A DNA stretch of 64,000 nt, from assembly GCA_038087875.1 (NCBI GenBank), contig CM075988.1, positions 5,270,001-5,334,000 on the forward strand. The letters run 5' to 3'. Shown in pieces: positions 20,770-33,300 of the stretch. Position numbers and translations under genes: made by a program. The stretch comes from Malacoraja senta. Lineage: Eukaryota. The notes under the pieces are model-generated. The model did not search any database and had not been told where the DNA came from. It saw nothing but the letters and a program-made list of their open reading frames with translations. The stretch's first letter is position 1, and each line of letters starts with the position of its first letter.

Positions 20770-23047
20770 CAAAACCCCTACAGGATCAAGATTGGAGAGG
20801 GATTGGAGAGGGAGAAGGGTAGATCGGAGGTGTCAGTGTTACAGTTGAATAAAGGGGACTATGGGGCCATGAGGGAGGAGCTGGCCAAAGTTGACTGGAA
20901 AGATACCCTAGCAGGGATGACAGTGGAACAACAATGGCAGGTATTTCTAGGAATAATACAGAAGGTGCAGGATCAGCTCATTCCTAGGAGGAAGAAATAT
21001 GCTAAGGGGAGTAAGGGGTGACCATGGCTGACAAGGGGCATCAGGGACAGTATAAAAATAAAAGAGAAGTACAACATAGCAAAGATGAGCGGGAAGCAAG
21101 AGGATTGGATAATGTTTAAAGAGCAACAGAAGATAACTAAAAAGACAATACGCGGCGAAAAAGTGAGGTACGAAGGTAAGCTAGCCAAGAATATAAAGCA
21201 GGATAATAAAAGCTTCTTTAGGTATGTGAAGATGAAAAAATTAGTTAAGACCAAAGTTGGACCCTTGAAGACCGAAAAAGTTGAATTTATTATGGGGAAC
21301 AAGGAAATGGCAGATGAGTTGAACAGATACTTTGGATCCGTCTTCACTAAGGAGGACACAAACAATCTTCCTGATATAGTAGTGGCCAGAGGATCTGGGG
21401 TGACGGAGGAACTGAAGGAAATCCACATTAGGCAGGAAATGGTGTTGGGTAGACTGATGGGACTGAAGGCTGATAAAGCCCCAGGGCCTGATGGTCTGCA
21501 TCCCAAGGTACTTAATGAAGTGGCTCTAGAAATCGTGGATGCATTGGTGATAATTTTCCAATGTTCTATCGACTCAGGATCAGTTCCTGTGGATTGGAGG
21601 GTAGCTAATGTTATCCCACTTTTTAAGAAAGGCGGGAGAGAGAAAACATGGAATTATAGACCAGTTAGCCTGACATCGGTGGTGGGGAAGATGCTAGAAT
21701 CAATTATAAAAGATTAAATAGCCGCACATTTGGATAGTAGTAACAGGATTGGTCCGAGTCAGCATGGATTTACGAAGGGGAAATCATGCTTTACTAATCT
21801 TCTGGAATTTTTTGAGGATGTAACTAGGAAAATGGACAAGGGAGAGCCAGTGGAAGTAGTGTACCTGGACTTTCAGAAAGCATTTGATAAGTTCCCACAT
21901 AGGAGATTAGTGGGCAAAATTAGGGCACATGGTACTGGGGGTAGAGTGCTGACATGGATAGAAAATTGGTTGGCAGACAGGAAACAAAGAGTAGGGATTA
22001 AAGGGTCCCTTTCAGTGACTGGTGGGGTACCGCAAGGGTCGGTGTTGGGACCGCAGCTATTTACAATATATATCAATGATTTGGATGAAGGGATTCAAAG
22101 TAACATTAGCAAATTTGCAGATGACACAAAGCTGGGTGGCAGTGTGAACTGTGAGGAGGATGCTATGAGGATGCAGGGTGACTTGGACAGGTTGAGGGAG
22201 TGGGCAGATGAATGGCAGATGAAGTTTAATGTGGATAAATGTGAGTTTATCCACTTTGGTATCAAAAACAGGAAGGCAGATTACTATCTAGATAGCGTCA
22301 AGTTGGGAAAAGGGGAAGTACAATGGGATCTGGGGGTCCTTGTTCATCAGTCTATTAAAGTAAGCATGCAGGTACAGCAGGCAGTGAAGAAAGCGAATAG
22401 CATGTTGGCCTTCATAACAAGAGGAGTGGAGTATAGGAGCAAAGAGTTCCTTCTGCAGTTGTACAGGACCCCAGTGAGACCACACCTGAAGTATTGTGTG
22501 CAGTTTTGGTCCCCTAATTTGAGGAAGGGCATTCTTGCTATTGAGGGAGTGCAGCACAGGTTTACAAGGTTAATTCCGTGGATGGCGGGACTGTCATTTG
22601 CTGAGAGAATGGAGCGGCTGGGCTTGTAAACTCTGGAGTTTAGAAGGATGAGAGGAGATCTTATTGAAACATATAAGATTGTTAAGGGTTTGGACACACT
22701 AGAGGCAGGAAACATGTTCCCGATGTTGGGGAGTCCTGAACCAGGGGCCACAGGTTGAGAATAAGGGGTAAGCCATTTAGAACGGAGATGAGGAAACACT
22801 TTTTCTCACAGAGAGTTGTGAATCTGTGGAATTCTCTGCCTCAGAGGGTGGTGGAGGCCGGTTCTCTGAATACTTTCAAGAGAGAGCTAGCTAGGGCTCT
22901 TAAAGATAGCGCAGTCAGGGGATATGGGCAGAAGGCAGGAATGGGGTTGGGGATGATCAGCCATGATCACATTGAAAGGCGGTGCTGGCTCAAAGGGCCG
23001 AATGGCCTGCTCCTGCACCTATTGTCTATTGTCTATTGTCTATTGTA
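20770..23047 (+). mobile_element. 5'-truncated CR1/HER1-type LINE, ORF2 reverse transcriptase with stop codons, intact 3' UTR
   Basis: KAPGPDGLHP, NYRPVSLTSVVGKMLE, YLDFQKAFDK, GVPQGSVLGPQLFTIYINDL, KFADDTKLGG; (CTATTGT)n tail at 23019-23047. Confidence 0.96.
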
Positions 23048-24024
23048 ATATAAGGCTGTTCCTTTCTTTATGAAAATGACCTGGAAAACATCCCTGTCTA
23101 TCAAAGCTTTGGTGTGTAGGAAAGAACTGCAGATGCTGGTTTCAATCGAAGATAGGCATAACATGTTGGAGTAACTCAGCGGGTCAGGCAGCATCTCTGG
23201 AGAGACACATCCTGGGCACACGGACTCACTGGACATTGGGGATGTGTTTTGTGATCTATAACTTTGCTGGTGCTAGTCCAGTCGATGCTTTGTTTGTTTT
23301 ATGTTTAAGACACAGCAGGGATACAGGCCCTTCGGCCCACCAAGTCCACGCCGACCATCGACCACCCATTCATACTGGTCTACGTTATCCCACTTTCTCA
23401 TCCACTCTCTACACACTGAGGACAATTTGCAGAGGGCCAATTAACCTACAAGCCTGCACGTTGTTGATCTGTGGCTGGGGTCCATCGGCAAAGTCTAATC
23501 ATAGAGGCATGGTTTTGATTTTGATGAATCCTCCTCTCTGACCTCATCTTGGCTGAGACTGAAGCAGAATTGAATCTTGATTGCTTTGAAGGACATCTTC
23601 CTCAGCATACCTCCCACAGTTGCATGGAACATGTTAAGGAATATGTAGGAAGAAACTGCAGATGCTGGTTTAAAGCCTGCAATGATGCACAGTTGGGGGG
23701 CAGCGAGAGAGGGTCTTGCAGAACTCTCATCGGAGAGAGAACTTCTTCAAACTACGCGTACCTTGAGGAGATTTCTGAAAGTCCCTCTCGCGCTGCACCC
23801 CTCTGTGCATCGTTGCTGGCTTTGATTTATCCTTTTGCATACCTTTCATTCATTTCTTCTTTGTACCTCTTTCTATCTCTAGTTTCCTTCTCCCCTGACT
23901 CTCATCCTGAAGAAGGGAGTTGACCCAAAATATCACCTATTCCTTTTCTTCAGAGATGCCACCTAACCCGCTGAATTACTCCAGTATTTTGTGTCTGTCT
24001 TCGGTGTAAGCCAGCATCTGCAGT

Positions 24025-24469
24025 TGTTAAAACTCGCCCGCGCTCTGGAATAATAAACACCATCAGACACTGATGCTCATAGTAAAGACACAACTTTATT
24101 ACACTAGTGGGAGTGGAAGAGTCACTCAAGTATGGTCACATACTTGCCAGCTCCTCACGGTCCCACTCAATTATATTGTGCACAGGCAGTATATTTATAC
24201 ATGAGCATTCCACAGGTCCAGCTAATCAAACAGCTAATCATACAGTCACCTGTATTGGTTCGTATCGGGTCTAGAACAGACTTGTTTTTCTCTGCAGTTC
24301 TACTTGGTATCGGGCCTCTTCCCTTTTTAGTCACTACACACTTTGCAGTTCTGCAAAACCACCAGTTATTCTTTAGCTAGCAATTCTAAGTACATAAAGC
24401 AGGCTCACCACGAGCAACATGCAATCTGTCACGTACACATTAACTCTTAAACCCCCACCCTCCTCTACA
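24025..24469 (-). mobile_element. Solo LTR (ERV- or Gypsy-type), 445 bp
   Basis: TG...CA termini; 4-bp TSD CAGT (24021-24024, 24470-24473) interrupting the Penelope tail GCATCTGCAGTTCCTTCC; minus-strand TATAAATA (24192-24199) and AATAAA (24095-24100). Confidence 0.85.
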
Positions 24470-24929
24470 CAGTTCCTTCCTACACAATACAAAGCGAGTG
24501 TTGTGTTCTTGCCAGGGCATTGCCTCAAAGCATTACAATACAATACAATACAATACCATTTATTGTCATTTGAACCCCAAATGAAGTTCAAACGAAATTT
24601 GGTTTCTGCAGTCATACAAACAAGTAAAAAGAACCAGGACACAACACAATTTACACAAACATCCATCACAGCGAATCTCCTCCTCGCTGTGATGGAAGGC
24701 AAAACCTTATGTTCAGCTTTATGTCATTTAGCCCAAGTCTTCCTGACCTACACACCACAATCAGTGAAGATAGGTGACAAATCATCATCTATGATAATCC
24801 TCAACACTGGTGACCTGCACAGATACATTCTCTTCCCCCTACTGTACTCCTTATACACTCATGATTGTGCAGCCAAATATCAATTTACAACTCAATTTAC
24901 AAGTTTACTGATGATGCCACCATAGTTCA

Positions 24930-27140
24930 GTTGAATTTAGTTTATTGCTACGTGTACCGAGATACAGTGAAAAGCTTTTGTTGCATGCTAACCAGCCATC
25001 GGAAAGGCAATACATGATTACAATCGAGACATTCACAGCGTACAGATACATGATAAGGGAATAACGTTTAGTTCAAGATAAAGCCAGTAAAATCCGATCA
25101 AAGATAGTCCAAGGGTCCCCGATGAGGTAGATAGTAGTCAGTACTGCTCTCTGGTTGCGGTAGGATGTTGACTGATAACAGCTGGAAAGAAACTGTCCCT
25201 GAATTTGGAGGTGTGCGTTTTCACACTTCTATACATTTTGCCCAATGGGAGTGGGGAGAAGAGGGAGTGGCCAGTGTGCGACTTGTCCTTGCCCAGGCAA
25301 CGTGGCCTTGCCGAGGCAGCGTGAGTATAAATGGAGTCAATGGAAGGGAGGTTGGTTTGTGTGATGGTCTGAGCTGCGTCCACAATTCGCTACAATTTTT
25401 TGCGGTCTTGGATGGAGCTGTTCCCAAACCAAGCTGTGATGCTACCTGATAGAATGCTTTCTAAGGTGCATCTGTAGAAGTTGGTGAGAGTTGTTGGGGA
25501 CATGCCCAACTTCCTAAGCCTTCTTAGGAAGTAGAGGCGTTGGTGTGCTTTCTAAGTCGTTGCTTCAATATGGGTGGTCCAGGAGAAGTCGTTGATGATA
25601 TTTACTCCTAGGAATTTGTCGACTTTGGTGGCTTCAATGCAAACTGGGGTATGTGTACCGCTTCACTTCCTGAAGTCGATCACTATCTCCTTTGTCTTGC
25701 TGACATCGAGAGAAAGGTTGTTGACTCAGCAGCAGGGCACAAGGTTCTCAATCTACTTCCTGTACTCCGACTCATCATTATTTGATAATGGGGTGTCGTC
25801 TACAAATCTGTAAATTGAATCAGATTTGTTAATGGCTGCACAGTCGCGGGTGTACAAGGAGTCAAGAAAGGGGCTGAGTACGCATCCTTGCGGAGCACCA
25901 GTGTTGAGGATTAGCGTGGAGGATGATTTGTCCCCTATCCTCACTGATTGGGGTCTGTTGGTCAGGAAGTCAAGGATCCAGTTGCAGAGACGAGTGCTGA
26001 CTCCGTCCCGCTAGTTTGGTGATAAATTTGGATGGTATAATGGTGTTGAAGACAGAGCTGTAATCTATGAATAGGAGTCTGACGTAAGTGTCTCTCTTAT
26101 CCAGGTGTTCTAGGGATGAGTGTAGGGCCAGGGCAATGGCATTGTCCGTGGACTTGTTGTGACGGTAGGTGAACTACAGTGGGTCAAGGCCGCTGGGTAG
26201 ACTGGATTTAATACGTTCCATAACTAGCCTCTTGAAACATTTCATGATGGTGGATGTCAAGGCCACTGGGCGGTAGTTTCTTTTCTTCGGCACTGAGATG
26301 ATGGTGGTCTTCTTCAAGCAAATGGGTACCTCAGAACGCAATAGGGAGATTAAAGATATCCGCGAATATTCCGCTAGCTGGTCCGCGCAGCTACTAAGTA
26401 CATGGCCAGAAACTCCGTCCGGGACAGTTGCTTTTCGTGGGTTTACCCTCCAGGAAGGCTGATCTAACCCCTGTCACCCTGGGGAGAGGCACACCGGAGT
26501 CTGAAGGGCCAGGTGTCACCGCCCTTTTGACCTTCTGCTCAAAGCGAGCATAGGAGAGCATGGAAAAGCATTCAGTTCATCAGGTAGGATCGCACTATCA
26601 CCAATGATGTTGCCTGACCTTGCTTTGCAGCCAGTTACAGTTTCTTATTCAGGCTTTGCCACAGTCTCTGTGTGTCATAAGGACATAAGTGATACGTATA
26701 GAATTAGGCCATTTGGCCCAACAAGTCTACTCCGCCATTCAACGTGACTGATCTATCTCTCCCTCCTAACCCCATTCTCCTGACTTCTCCCCATAACCAC
26801 TGACACCTGCACTAATCAAAATTGATCGATCTCTGCCTTAAAAATATCCACTGACTTGGCCTCCACAGACTTCTGTGGCAAAGTATTCCACACATTCACA
26901 CCCTGTGTCCGAGTGATTATACTGAAACTCAAGTTTGTCCCGGTATTGTCTCTTGGCATCCTTGATGGCTTTACGGAGATCATAGCAGGCTTTCTTGTCC
27001 TGATCGAAATCATTTGACTTGTATGCCGCAGACCTGGCCTTCACCTGGAATGTACCTCACAGTTCTTCCATGGTTTCTACTTGGGGAACACTTGGATTGG
27101 CTTCATCGGCACACAGTCTTCCACGCTCCTGCTGATGAAG
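24930..27140 (-). mobile_element. Rex1/Babar-type LINE remnant (with a CR1 3' end inserted at ~26678-26905)
   Basis: [23 protein letters not shown]...RFVDDT; LFSPLPLGKMYRSVKTHTSKFRDSFFP. Confidence 0.88.
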
Positions 27141-27145
27141 TGAGC

Positions 27146-27995
27146 CAGTGGCCGGATTTCAAATAATGATGAGACGGAGAACAGGAAGGAGATTGAGAAC
27201 CTTGTAACCTGGTGCCAAGAAAACAACCTCTCCCTCAATGCCAGCAAGGCAAAGGAGATTGTGATCGACTTCAAGAAGCAAAGTGGCACACACACTCCAG
27301 TATACATTGATGGCGCTGAGGTAGAGTTGGCTGAAAGCTGAAGGTTTCCAAGAATAAATACCACCAACATTTTGTACTGAAATAGCCTCATCGAAGCAAT
27401 GGACAAGAAAGCACATCATCGCCTCTACTTCCACAGAAGGCTTGGGAAGTTCGGCATGTCCTCAACAACCCTCACCAACTTCGACAGATGCGCCGCAGAA
27501 AGCATTTTATCAGGATGCATCACATCATGGTACGGGAACAGCTCCATCCAAGACCGCAAGAAATTGCAGAGTTGTAAATGTAGCCCAGACCATCACACAA
27601 ACCAAACTCCATTCCATTGATTCCATCTACGCCTCATGCTGCCTCGACAAAGACCAGTCTCACTCTTCCTCTTCTCCCCTGCTTCATTAAGCAAGAGGCA
27701 CAGAAGTTTGAAAATGCATACTTCCAGATTCAGGGACAGTTTCTTCCCAGCTGTTATCAGGCAACTGAACCGTCCTCTCACCAGTTAAGGAGCAGTCCTA
27801 ACCTCCCTTTAACCATTGGAGACCTTTGGAATATCATTAATCGGACTCTATTTATCGGACTGTATTGGACTTTATCTTGTACTAAATGTTATACCCTTTA
27901 TCTCGTATCTGTACACTGTGGATGGCTTAATTGTAACTATGTACAGTCTTTTCGCTAACAAAAGGCTTTTTACTGTACCTCTGTACACATGACTG
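27146..27995 (+). mobile_element. Rex1/Babar-type LINE 3' fragment
   Basis: KKAHHRLYFHRRLGKFGMS...ESILSGCITSWYGN. Confidence 0.85.
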
Positions 27996-28259
27996 TAATA
28001 AACTAAAATAACATCTAACCTGGCATGCAGCTGAAACATCATTAGGATTCTTTCTGATATAGATAGTGGTTTATTACTGTCATGTGTTCTGATGTGCAGT
28101 GAAAGACGAATACCATCCAGTCAAATCATGTCATACATAGGTATGGTCAAGGTCTAGTCAAGTACAACAGATGGTGCAAAGAGAAATATGCCAGAGTGCA
28201 GAACATAGCCTTACAGTATTATAGTGTTTCAGCTATCAAGAAAGTGGAGATAAGTGTAC

Positions 28260-28780
28260 ATTTATCAGGATGCATCACAACTTGGTTTGGGAACAGCTCC
28301 ATCCAAGACCGCAAGGAATTGCAGCAAATTGCGGACACAGCCCAGACCATCACACAAACCAACCTCCCTTCTATTGACTCCATTTACACCTCACGCTGCC
28401 TCGGCAAGGCCAGCAGCATAATTAAGGACGAGTCGCAACCTGGCCACTCCCTCTTCTCCCCTCTCCCATCAGGCAAAATGTATAGAAGTGTGAAAACACA
28501 CACCTCCAGATTCAGGGACAGTTTCTTCCCAGCTGTTATCCGGCAACTGAATCATCCTACCACCACCAGAGAGCAGAGCTGAACTACTATTTACCTCTTT
28601 GATGAACCTTGATCGGACTTTGCTGGCTTTACCTTGCACTAAAAGTTATTCCCTTATCATGTATCTATATATTGTAAATGACTTGATTGTAATCATGTAT
28701 TGTCTTTCCGCTGACTGGTTAACATGTAACAAAAGCTTTTCACTGTACCTCGGTACATGTGACAATATGTTAAACTAAAA
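28260..28780 (+). mobile_element. Rex1/Babar-type LINE 3' end
   Basis: LSGCITTWFGN...SIIKDESQPGHSLFSPLPSGKMYRS...RDSFFPAVIRQLN. Confidence 0.88.
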
Positions 28781-29019
28781 ACAAGTTCAAGGCCTGCAAT
28801 GAGGTAGGCTGGGAGATCGAGACTACGCCCTAGCTTGTGAGTGGTCTGTTTAGTCTGATAACAGAGGAAAAAGAAAAACTGTTTCTGAGTTTGGTGGTAT
28901 GTGGTATCAAGGTCTTGCATCTTCTGCCCTACTGGAGAGGGGAGATGAGGGAATAACGGGGATGACAATGGTCCTTGATAATGTTAGCTGCTTTTCTGAG
29001 ACAGGATAAATGTAGATGG

Positions 29020-29405
29020 CATAAGAAGGAACTGTGGATGCTGGTTTACACTGAAGATAGACACAAAAAGCTGGAGCTACTTGGCGGGTCAGGCAGCATC
29101 TCTGGAGAAAAGGAATAGGTGATCTTTTGGGTCGAGACCCTTCTTCAGAATGGGAGTCAGGGAGAGGGAACCGAGCGATATGAAAAGGTACATCGAACAA
29201 ATTAATGAAATATGCAAAAAGACAGATCAAAGATCAAGGAAATGTGGAGCCCACAATGGTCCATTGTTGACATTGGGGAAGGTGAAACCGAGTAATACAA
29301 ATTCTGAATCTCAGCAGGATGACAGTGAAACTAGTACGACAACTAGGTTGGGGGAGGGATAGAGAGAGAAGGGATGCAAGTGTTACTTGAAGTTAGGAAA
29401 ATCAT
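29020..29405 (-). mobile_element. Penelope-derived 3' fragment
   Basis: Same tail family, with GGGTCGAGACCCTTCTTCAG core at ~29129-29148. Confidence 0.8.
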
Positions 29406-29839
29406 TATTTGTCCCTACTGTGTGTAGGATAGTGTTAGTGTGCAGGGTCACTGGTCGGTGCAGACTCGGTGGGTCGAAGGACCTGTTTCCGCGTTGTATC
29501 TCTAAACTAATCTAAACTAAATTGTACTCCGTCTCACCACTTTTTGAAATCTGCCCTACTATGGTGGTGTCATCTGCAAACTTGTAAACAGAATTAAATC
29601 AGAATTTGCTCATGCAGTCGTGAGTGTATAGGATGTATAGTAAAGAGGCTAGGAACATATCCTTACAGGGCACTGATGTTGAAATGCAGAAAGCATTTTA
29701 TCAGGATGCATCACATCATGATATGGGTACAGCTCCATCCAAGACCGCAAGAAATTGCAGAATTGTGAATGTAGCCCAGACCATCACACAAACCAACCTC
29801 CCTTCCATTGACTCCATCTACGCTTCATGCTGCCTCGAC

Positions 29840-30154
29840 TTCTTCTTCTTCTTGCGAATGAAACATAAATAAACCAAAGGAATAGTTAGATCTCAAGCCG
29901 GGTGTTGAGCAGCCAGGTTGTTGTCTCTGCGTCAATGTCTGCTAGGTCCTGAGCTCCATTTGGTGGGTGGTAGAGCGGGCACCTAGAGATGACATGGTTG
30001 GCTGTTTGTTGTTCTGCTCCGCATTCACAGGCTGAGCTCTGGCAGAGCCCCCATCTCCACATGCTGGCATTGAAACGCCCAACTCCAGGGGAGGTCAGAC
30101 CCTGGACAGTTTTTATCTGGTGAAGAGATGTAGCTGTGTAATGGAGCTGTGTAA
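29840..30154 (-). mobile_element. Vingi/Ingi-like (I-group) LINE 3' end with (GAA)n tail
   Basis: GVGRFNASMWRWGLCQSSACECGAEQQTANHVISRCP; TSD TGCCTCGAC (29831-29839, 30155-30163) within a Rex1 fragment. Confidence 0.75.
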
Positions 30155-30385
30155 TGCCTCGACAAGGGCCAGTCTCACGCTTCCTCTTCTCCCCTCCTTC
30201 ATTAAGCAACAGGTACAGAAGTTTATTATTATTGTGGAGGATGATTTGGCACCTACGCCAACTGCTTGTGATCTGTGGGTCAAGGTGGAGTGCTAACTCA
30301 TAGGTCCAGGAGTTTGGAGACGAGTTTGGTTGTAATAATGGTATTAAGGCAGAGCTATTGTCAATAACTGATTTGATGTCAGTGA

Positions 30386-33300
30386 TTTTACTTCGGAGTC
30401 ATGTGAGTGACTACGTGAAGAGCCCACCAGTCCGCATGCGCGTCAATACGTCTATCGCATTGCGCACGACTGGCTGGGATGCGCGTCGCTCCTCCAGCGG
30501 TAAGTTCCAAATCCTGCAGGTAAGTTTTTGAACTTATTTTCAGGTGTATTTTTTGGTTGCAGGAATCTCTTTTACAGAGTTCCTGCTGGATATGGAAATC
30601 CGGGGCGAAATCCAGACGGGCCGCGGGAAACCGGCTTAGGGAGGACCACGGAAGTGCGGGTAGCCGGCGGCCGGCGGGTTCGCTACCCGAGTCGCTGACA
30701 GTGCGGTCAGCGACTGCAGACTCGGCAGCTCCAAAAGGGTGTGCAGCCAAACGGAGTCTGAGAGGTCTGGACTGGGACGAGTCAGGCCAGGAGGGTTCCC
30801 CTCCGACAAACATGGATACGTCCTCGGGCTTTTAATCCAGATGGAGCATGGATAGCGTCCTCGGGCGTTCATCCCACAAAGGTGATGCTCCATCAAGATA
30901 TGGTCCGTGAAACGGGGCCATATCAGCGCAGGTCTCCTCGGGGGCCTGCGGCAGCGCCTGTTTCAGGGCTGCTTACAAATCTCCCTCTCTTTGAAAGGGC
31001 ATGCCAGGGGTCAGTGTATGGCTGACTCCAAACTCGGAAGTATGTCAGTCGAACATACTGGAGTACATGCGTGAGGTTCAAGAATTGTCTGTCATGGCAT
31101 CAAGGGTTGCGATATCCTCGCAAACAAAGGAGCCGCTGCAGGAAGAGTTGGCTTCCAGCCATTGGCAGAAAACCCGGGGGGTGCCAGAGTTTCCCCTCAC
31201 GTTACAAGCTTTGTAAGCATCAATTACCTCATGTCACATTATTACAGGAACAGGTGACGGCTGCAAAATACCATACACCTGTAAATTGTGCATTCCTGAA
31301 AGTGCCGGCAGTGAACAGCACTATCTGGGGATACATTGGAGGGGGCATCAAAACCCAGGAAATGAAACTCCAACAAATTTTAAAATTACTGGCCTCAGGC
31401 ATCACGGCATTTGCCAGATCTGGGGATGGCGGGCCCTTATCGGACGTCCAGCAGGATGCCCTGGCGTTGATGTGCAATGCACACTTCGAAATGAACTGCT
31501 TTCAGAAGAACGCCATCAGACCTGCCTTAAATCCCAAATTTGCAGGCTTATCTAAGGCCAGCAATGTCCAGCCGCCGATTCTTCTCTTCGGGGAAGACCT
31601 ACCCAAACAGGTAAAAGACCTGGATGAGGAAGCAAAAGCTGTCGGACTAATCAAGGTACCAACGACGAGCAAAGCTTCACTGTTTCGGCGACAACACCCC
31701 TACGCCTCTATCGGCAGTAAGCGGTTCACTGAAGCTGGTGGCAGCTCGAAAAGCTGATTCTCTGGGCAGAGGTCTTTTAGGCCAAGGCCCAAGCCGGCCC
31801 TCAGGGAAAATGCACAATCCACGCACCCCAGCAGTCCTACCCTCCAAATCTCGAGGACAGAAATAGAACCCGCATCAGGGGCCTTTGGGCTTACCATAAG
31901 ACCACCGGTAACCATGGAGGTAGGTGGGTCTGGTTCTTTCCAAATCATGGGGTGTGTGGACCAGTTACAAGTTTACAATATACACCAAGTTGGGCATTTA
32001 TTCATTCAAACATAAAGGTTTGGATATACAAGCAGATATCCAAACAAGTAAAAGATCTGGATGAGGAAGCAAAAACGGTTGGGTTAATCAAAGCACCCAC
32101 GACGAGCAAAGCTTCACCGTTTCGGCGATGACACCCTGCGCCTCCAAAAAAGAAAGATGGAGGATGTCGGATCATCTTTGATGTAACTCACATGTGCTGT
32201 ATAGACATTTTAAAATGGAAAACTTCGTTACTGTCTAACAACTGATTCCCAAAGGATGCTTTATCGGAAAACCAGAGGCGCTCCAGTCCTTCTCTGTAAT
32301 ACTCCGTTGGAGCTCCAGAAGGGAATAATGACTCAGAGTCACTAGCAGGTGCAACCTGTCTGGTAAGTTAAAGATGATAACAACAGAGCGCCTATCTGCA
32401 CAGCTAGTCCCGGTCGACTGCTGAAGGAAGCAGCCTGACAACCGCAAGTCGGGATACGAAGGCATGTCAGGCAGCAAATCCTGGTTCAGGGTTGCAATAT
32501 TCCTCCCACTCGTATGAAAAGAGTGGTGGAGATGGTGCCAAAGTATATGCACATATGCCTGAAGCAGCTCCTGGTTCAGGGTTGCAATATTCCTCCTACT
32601 CGGATGAACGTAGTGATGGAGATGGTGCCAAAGTATATGCACATGTGCCTGAGGCACCTCCTGGTTCAGGGTTACATAAGTCCTCCCACTCGGATGAATG
32701 GAGTCATGGAGATCGTGCCAAAGTTATGCACACATGCCTGAGGCAGCTCCTGGTTCAGGGTTGCATAAGTTCTTCCACTCAGATGTATGAAGTGATGGAG
32801 ATGGAGCCATATATATTATGCTCCGTGTTACGGAAGCATGCACAGACAGTCCGAGGCATACGGATATGGCAACGCCTGGTTCAGGATGCAATTTTCTCCC
32901 AGTCTAAAAGAGTGTCAGAGATCAGTACGGACTGACTCCAAACATGACTCCAAACATGACTATGTGCCGGGATCCCATGCTGTAATGCATGATGTACGAC
33001 AATCACATGAGGAAAAGCTGTGTGCTCTTGCCTCTAAAATTGCTGCTCCCTCGGGGACGGACAAGCCACTACAAGATCGGTTGGCCAGTGGCATCAGCTA
33101 TCTAACAGAAATGACAAGCATGATGGACAGAGTCTGCAAATGGAACTTCACTGAAGCTCCAACAAAGGAAATCGACCGGGGGTTCGAGACGCTGATAAGT
33201 AAGGTCTCGTTATTAACCTCCGTAAGCTCCTAAATGAAGCAGTCTGTCGGGCCAGCTTGGGTTTACTGCCGGCATGGGCTGTCTAGTCATTTTTTCTCTG

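Noticed and set aside
31071..31757. 228-aa ORF as a host gene
   Set aside because: DIRS gag-like ORF1 remnant inside the element's termini.
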